In this document: positions 54,440 to 64,000 of the stretch, in pieces
Layout of the letters: each line of letters opens with the position of its first letter
Position numbering within the stretch: position 1 is the first letter of the stretch
Assembly (NCBI RefSeq): GCF_009914755.1
Contig: NC_060927.1
Reading direction: 5' to 3' (one strand)
DNA: 64,000 bases
Source of the DNA: the human T2T-CHM13v2.0 reference genome, Homo sapiens
Translations under genes and position numbers: made by a program
The notes under the pieces: model-generated
Seen by the model: the letters and a program-made list of their open reading frames with translations, nothing else
What the model was told of the DNA's origin: nothing
Databases searched by the model: none

Positions 54440-55699
54440 CTGCAAGAGATACAAAGCATTTAAGAAACCATCAGATGTGTCAGAAATACAGCTTCTCCCA
54501 TAATATCCCACATGTCCAAAAGTGCCAGGTCCCCAGGCCAGCCCTACCCTGAGGGGAGATACAAGAAACCCAGCAGGTGTGTGATGTCTGGCAGGGGAGA
54601 TGAGGCAAATGCAGGGGAACAGGGAGAGACAGAATGGATGATGTGCCACACTGTGTCATGTCCACCTCAGTGCTGCGAGAGTTCAGAGAAGAGGTGGCTA
54701 AGTGAGCAGTGCCCTGAGAAGGCTTCAGGGGGCAGGACCCAAGCCAGCCTGGGTGGGTAGGGACCAGAGGGAGCCTGGACTCAGTGTTTGCCCTCACAGG
54801 GAGCAGGAAGCAAGGCTGGGCGGGGACAGTGGGGTTTGTGCAGAAGGCAAATTACATGGCAGCTTAAATTCTATGTTTACTTTTTATTTAAACCAAAAAG
54901 CAAAGATACAGACCTGGAAAAATCACTAAGAAATCCTACAACATTCTCCTGGTTTGTCGCTCTGATCTGTTTAAAACAATCAGTGGGATTTATCCTATTT
55001 CTAAATAATTTTTGTTATAAAAGTATGAGATGCTCACAATAGATCATTTGAGAGTGATCTGGTAAACATTTTCTTGAAGGCAACTCTCTTAAAAAACAGA
55101 AAATACAAAATTCAGCAGCTGGGGAAAGAGACAAAGACAAAGGAGAACTGACTTTTTGGGTGATTTTAATCAAATATTTAACAGCTTTGTGTTTCCATTT
55201 TCCCATCAGCATAGACTACCACCAACTACTTAAAGCAAAGATTTACTTTTCAGACTTACATGTGTGCAATAGTGGAGAAATGAACATTACTGACCACATT
55301 CTGTGTCAGGGGTGTTTCTCTAGCATGGAACCCAGAAGTGGGTTTACTAAGTCAAAGCCATGTGCACCCTGAATTTTTATAGGTGCAGCCAAGGCATCCT
55401 CCGCAGCTGTGGTGGTTGACTTTTCCTCATACCCACTTTTTGTTGGTGGTGGTGGTTTTGTTTTCTTTCTTTTATTTATTTATTTTTTTGAAGTCTGACG
55501 GAAAAAAACTATGTCAGTTTGGTTTTCGCTTACTATGAGGGAAGCTGAGCTTCCTCTTCCTTGAATCTTTTGTTCATATAGTTTGGCTATTTTCCTTTGG
55601 GTGGGGTACCTTTCAGAGGTCTCCATTTATTCAAAACATTGATCCCATTTAGGTAGCATCAAAAAGTATAAAATAAATGTAAATTTTCAAAGAAATGTA

Positions 55700-56800
55700 T
55701 GCAACCTTTATTAAAACCTATGATTTTATTTTAGGACAAAAAAAAAAAACCCTGAGAAAGCATATTGTGTGCATAAATCAGAAGACACCTTATTGTGAAG
55801 ATGTCAACCCTCCCTAGGTTAATCTATATACTCAGTGCCTTCAAGACTTTTGAGGGGAACTTGATGAGATAATTCTAAATTTCACTGGGAAGAGTAAGTT
55901 TGGAAAAATTTCTAAGAAACTTTTGAAAAAGAAAAGGGAAGAAGGAGGCTTTCCTTATCAAATATTAAAATATACTATAAAGCTATCCTAATACAAACAG
56001 TGCAGTACTAGACAAACTGATCAGTTAAAAACAAGAGCACAGAAACGGACTAAAATATATACAGATCATTAAATAAATGTTATTAGAACAATTGGTTATT
56101 CATTTGGATAAAGATTAAGTTAGATACTTATTTTACATTACATTTAAAATAAAATTCAAATGTTACTGCTACAGAAGTAACTGGAAAATGTATAGGATAT
56201 TATGTTAATGACCTTGGGGTTAGGAGGGGTTTTCTAAGCATGACATGAATGTAGAATTGTATAGGACAGAAAACAAGTATATAAAGGTAAAAAACAACCA
56301 CAGTCTAGGAGAAAATATTTGCAACACAAATAGCAAAGGATATATAAGAAGAGTTCCAAAAAATTAGTAAGAACAAGACAAAAACTGATAGGAAGTGTCA
56401 AAGAGTATGAACAGATAATTTTTAAAAATAAATACAATTATCTGGTAAATATATATTTACCATTCTAGTCTATTAAAAATTTAAATGACTAATAATAAAA
56501 ATCGTTAGCAAGGATATAGAAAATGAGCACTGTCATTCATCACTGATTGAACTGTAAATTGGTACAACTTTTCTGTAGGAAAATTTCACAATATATACAA
56601 AATTCTTAATTCACATATGACCACTTCCAGGAAACTTTCCAAGTAGCAGCACAAGTATGAAAAAATATGTGTCTAAGAATGCCTACTGCAATATTTTTTA
56701 AGGAGACCAAAAAAAGAAAGCTAAAAAAATTATGGTTTATCCATTTGGTAGACTGCCATATAGCTGGTAAAAAGAATAACAGTAGTGATAATACTGGCCA
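55700..56800 (+). mobile_element. Degraded old L1 ORF2/3' fragments
   Basis: A-rich L1-like text (attctaaatttcactgggaag..; gtaaattggtacaacttttctg). Confidence 0.6.
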
Positions 56801-56973
56801 ACATAATTAAGCTCCCACCATGTGCTTTGCATGTAATAACTATATCACTTGATATGTATATCCATTAAACCAACATGTCATCATGTCCAGATGATATTGT
56901 TAATTGAAGTACAAGTTTCTGTTGATTTAGCCGTGTATAACAAGCATGCTTTCAGGTATTGCTTGTATCATTA

Positions 56974-57975
<1,002 letters not shown>

Positions 57976-58111
57976 CTAAAATTATTTACCCTGAGCAAAT
58001 AGAAAACAATTTTTGTAAAAAATGAAAACCCATAGAATTGTGATGGCACAGAGAAACTGCCCTATTTTACTTTACGTGCTCAGTATTGTTTGGATCTTCT
58101 ACAACAATTAA

Positions 58112-58441
<330 letters not shown>

Positions 58442-59217
58442 CTAGAACCTAATCAATGGTATAAATGCATCCAAAGAATGACCTGCCCTTGATTTTGGAG
58501 GAAACACGCTCTGGGGTCCAGCTTTCCCCACAAGTTCAGATTCAAGAAAAGCCTCTAAGAAAGGGGAAGGGAAGCTTGTCTCCTTCCTTAGGGTCCCAGG
58601 GAGAGCCAGGTGGCTTTTGATGTGATGGGGAAGAGTGTGGGCGTTAGGCTTAGAACTTGGGTTGAAGTCCTGCCTGACACCTACCAGTGTGCGACCTTAG
58701 GTATGTCTGAGTATCTCTCTGAGCCTCTGTTTTCTCCTACCTTAAAAACACCTACCTTGCAGAGTTGATGTGAGAGGCAAGCAATTAAATGTTATTAAAG
58801 TATAAATGTATCTCCCACTCAGTAAAGATGGTTGAGACTGCGTCATTCAATAAATATTTACTGAACATTTACCCCGAGGTCAGGCACAGTGCTAGGTACA
58901 GGGGCTATAGTGTTGCCCCTCATGGAACTCCAGGTCTAATGGGAAAGGCAGACACAAAGTAACGATCAATACTGAAGCAAACACTTTCGTAATGAAAAAG
59001 TATTGGGCCCTACTGAACTATACCCAAGTACAACCTAATAGACATGGGAGGGGAAGGGCAGACGTGTTTACTCATTACTGAATTCCCACTGCGTAGCTCA
59101 GGGGCCTATGCCTATAGCAGACACTGAATAAACCCTTACCACTTTCCCTCTTCTTTTTCTGGGAAGGACTAGACTTGTCTGCCTCCTCCCCAGGTTTTCT
59201 ATTAATAGTACAACGCT

Positions 59218-59652
<435 letters not shown>

Positions 59653-59748
59653 TCACAGTAATTCTTCTAGGATGGTTGCCTGGCTGCCACTCAGGAATAT
59701 ATGTAGTGCTACTGGAGCTTGCTTTGCCTTTACATGACTCCTGCTTAC

Positions 59749-59986
59749 CTGAGATGTAGACCTCATTTTTCAATGTCACGCATGCAAACTCCACCCACTT
59801 CTTATTCTCACTCTCCAGCTCATGCTCTGTTAGCGGGAGCTTGGCCACCTCCAGGCGGCTGCGCCTCAGGGGGTCCAGGCAGGTCACCTCTGCCACAAAC
59901 CGTTCATCCTTCGTGCAGCCGCCAATGATCATGAACACCTCAGACTGGAACTCATGCATCCTGGGCTTGGTGCGTTCCGAAATGAT
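59749..59986 (-). CDS. KLHL6: KLHL6 internal exon (238 nt), BACK-kelch junction
   Basis: ccag|[23 protein letters not shown]...NEVYISG|gtaag; upstream exons lie beyond the window end. Confidence 0.95.
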
Positions 59987-60039
59987 CTGGAAATCGATGG
60001 GGGTACATGAAGGCAGGGACAACACAAAGTTTCAGAGCT

Positions 60040-60250
60040 CGGGCTATGGAGCCATTAGGAGTCGGGTCCAATTCCCATATCTGCCACGGTATGACCATGT
60101 GACTTCACCTCCCTGAGCCTCAGTTTCATCATCTGTATAATCGGGATAGCAGAGGTAACTACCTCATAGGTGTGTTGTGAGGGTTAAATGGGATAATGTA
60201 CACAGTGTGCTTCGCCCAGGACCTGGTGCATAACAGGTACTCAATACATG
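60040..60250 (+). mobile_element. MIR
   Basis: ctgagcctcagtttcatcatctgtataatcgggata..gttgtgagggttaaatg. Confidence 0.8.
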
Positions 60251-62141
60251 TTGCCTGTTTTTGCTGCTGTTTTAAGAGGTGAGGGTCTATTTACTATCAG
60301 ATGCACTTCCTGCCTTTCCTCTCCTGCCTGCTCTGAAACCTTAAATCCTGGAATTTTATTTGGCGCTACTTTCCATTCCCCCTTGGCTTTAATTTCTTGA
60401 TGATACCTCAGACTTTGCTCACCATCAGCCTTCTGGAAGAGACATCCTGGACAGTGACAACGTAAGAGCATTCAGAGACTTAGGAAACAAGAACTAGAAG
60501 GAATCAGGGTGTGGCCAGGGAGGGAGGAAGGCTGGTTCCAACATACAGCATATGACCTTTCAGAGCTTTGAACAAGTGAAGAAATCCATACTATGGGTAT
60601 TTGAACCCTGCTGAAAGAGCAGAGGTTCAGAAGTCAAATGTACCAGCGTTCTATCACCTATGGCCATGTGACCTTGGAGAAGTAACACGATCTCTGTAAA
60701 CTGCTTGTAATCATTGCTGTGCTATCAGATGACTGTGAGCATTCATAAGGTATGAGGTAGAGGCGTGAGCAGAGCACCTGGCACACACTCGCCCCTCAAC
60801 AGCTAATTATGCCTGTAGGAGCAGTGGTAGATGCCATGTTGATACTGCTATAAAAGGAAGAGCTGCCCTTCCCTGGTTCCATTGATCCCCTGGGCTCCAT
60901 GATGAAGGTTCCATAGGTGTGCTGACACAAGGCGGAGAGGCAGCAACCGTTTCCCAGATGGCCAAAGTCGCCAATTTTCCCGCAAAATTAGACTGATCTA
61001 ACACAGACTACAGAACTTCGATTCTGCCCATAGGTGGTAACAAATAGGTTACAGTAGCAAAGACTGAGCCCTCAGATAGTGAATCCAACCAAGAGCCACA
61101 AATAGTCAGACCAGCCAACTCCCAGCCTCTACTTTTCCATAACAGTCTTTGTTTGTTCGGTTGGTTTTCTGTGCCTAGGAGCCTGGTACAGTGAGTTCCG
61201 CATCCTCCGTTCTTGAGGCTGGACCACGGCCGTAAAGTTTGTGGCAGGGCTGTTCCTTACAGGTCAGCAGAGTGGGGATGGGTGTGGCTGGACAAAGCCT
61301 AGGCAATGGGCTGGCCCTGACGGTATGGACAGCAGAACAGTGCCGGGATAAGGGTGAAGGGGTGGGCCAGGGAACCTGGAGGCACCATGAGAGCACCAAG
61401 CTGGCAGGACAGGATCTGGGCAATGGCACCAAAGACAAACTTTGCTGCTCTGCAACTTTCTCTTCAGGTGTCAGCCCTGGTTCCTGTCCCTAAACCACCT
61501 TCCCCACAGCTGAGGCACAGCCACCAGCACTAATCTATGTGGTCCTCTTTCGGAGGGGATCTAGGTGTTTCAGGGCAATGCTTAGAAAAAAGCACCGGCC
61601 TCCCTGAATTCATTCCCTTATGACCCTTTCTTCACTTCCGGGAACCAGGCCTCAGCCTCCACTCCGAAGCTCCCCTCGTCTTATCTGCAATGCTTGCTCT
61701 CCTGACCCAGTAACCTGTTGGGTGATTGAGAGGCTGCTAGGAGGACTGGACTAGCCGTGATCTTACCTCCTGACCCCCAGGGCTGGCACCTCGTTCCTTG
61801 GTCCTGACCTACGAAAGGCTCTCCTCCTGCTGGCTAAATTTCCTGGGTCCCTGCCTGCTGCCTGGATCTCCCCATAATATTCTATTCTCAATTTCCCATG
61901 CTACCACCCCAATCCACTTACCCTTTAAGGCACTGTGAGTAATTTACCATGTCACTTTGCCCTTTTCTCCAGGAAGCCATTCCTAACTTTGCACACATTC
62001 TCATAACCCTGAATTTCCCCCACAACAGCCCTTTTCATGCTTCATTGTAATTTACCGTAAGGCCCCTGATGGCAGGAACAGCCCTTTTTCTCCAGTGGAT
62101 CCTCAGCACCAAGAATAGTACCTGGAGCTTGTGGGCATCTA

Positions 62142-62476
<335 letters not shown>

Positions 62477-62531
62477 TGAGTGAATGGATGAGTGAATGAA
62501 TGGGCAAGCTAGGTAACTCAGTCTAAATCAT

Positions 62532-63050
62532 TGTGGTAGTGAGCATCCACGATGGCCCCAGTGATCCCTGCTTCCTGGTATTCACATCTGTGTAGTTCCC
62601 TCCATGCTGTTCTAGAATTGGTCTCTATGACCAACAGATTACAGCAGAAGTGATGATACATCACTTCTGAAATTAGGCTATAAAAGGCACTACCAGCTTG
62701 CATCCTGATTGCTCTCTCAGTCTTTCTTAGGTCATTTGCTCTGGGGGAGGTCAGCTGATATAGAGATGCCCATATGGCAAGAAACTGAGGCTCCCAACCA
62801 GCAGCCAGCAAGGATCTGATGCCTGCCAACAGTACAGTAAGTGTGAGCTTGAATCCCATAATGAACTTTGAGATTACTGCAGCCCCAGCCAAGAGCTTTA
62901 CTGCAACTTCATAAGAGACCCTGAGCCAGAAGCACCCAGCTAAACCACTCCTACATTCTGACACTCAGAGCCTGTTAGATAGTAAGTGTTTGTTATTTTA
63001 AAGTTTTCAGTTTGGGGGTAATTTGTTATGCAGCAATTGAGAACTAACAC
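62532..63050 (+). mobile_element. MLT1F-type LTR
   Basis: tgtggtag..gagaccctgagccagaagcacccagctaa..gggtaatttgttatgcagcaat. Confidence 0.8.
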
Positions 63051-63644
63051 AATCATCTAGCTGATGGGCTTGGCTAGGGTAATGAGACCTGTCTTATAAT
63101 TCAGCACCACGGAGCTGCCGAGTGGTGGCATCATTACCACATTGTAAGTTCAGCTACATTTGGCAAAATACTAACCCCAAAGCCATGACAAATGTCAATC
63201 TGAAGTCTGAGACGTGCCACTTTGTTGCAGACATATGGAAGTGTTTGCCAATGAATTGCATGCAACAATCAGGCATAACCAGTTTATTTTCAGATTGTTA
63301 AAAACAGAGCAGATAATTGCACCTTAATGACTGCTCACTGTCCACAGATCTTATACTAGGGGACAGAGTGAGCATATTGTTTCAGCAAAGCTGTCCTTGG
63401 GCTGGAGCCTCTGCTCCCCTTTCCCCACATCACACATGTCAGAGTAATGTTTGGTATAGATCAGGTTCATGTCTGAAAACTTAAGAGGCAGTTAAATGAA
63501 GAGGCAAATTTCCTCTGTCCCCAAAGTTCTCTTTCAATGAAGGTTCCAGCTACCATTCCCAAATCAAATGGAGACTGACATTTGCTTTTGGTGTGTTCTA
63601 AAATTTCCTGTTGTTAACACCAGTTTAGAGGATGGGCAAGGTTA

Positions 63645-63999
<355 letters not shown>

Positions 64000-64000
64000 A

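Overview
Primate (human-like) genomic DNA, very rich in Alu, LINE and LTR repeats. I recognise it from recall as the 3q27 interval at the 3' end of KLHL6; no database search was run. The right third holds the last four coding exons and the ~4.4 kb 3' UTR of KLHL6 on the minus strand. The main non-obvious structure lies at ~6.6-16.2 kb. A CpG-island promoter precedes a decayed but intron-retaining copy of EIF4A2: the DEAD-box exon, the SAT exon, the C-terminal exons and the 3' UTR are still readable. Its introns carry the EIF4A2 H/ACA snoRNA set in the parental order (SNORA63-like, SNORA81/MIR1248-like, SNORA63-like, SNORA4-like). A fossil of the RFC4 3' end follows tail-to-tail. This looks like an old DNA-level duplicate of the EIF4A2-RFC4 pair that lost coding capacity and persists as a snoRNA-host lncRNA (probably the LINC00888/SNHG33 locus). 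Also present: a TVP23B-like retrocopy nested in a MaLR provirus, a near full-length hAT (Blackjack-type) transposon fossil, a 52-bp minisatellite and many SINE/LTR insertions. Homology calls come from recalled sequences compared by eye. Repeat boundaries and subfamilies are approximate.
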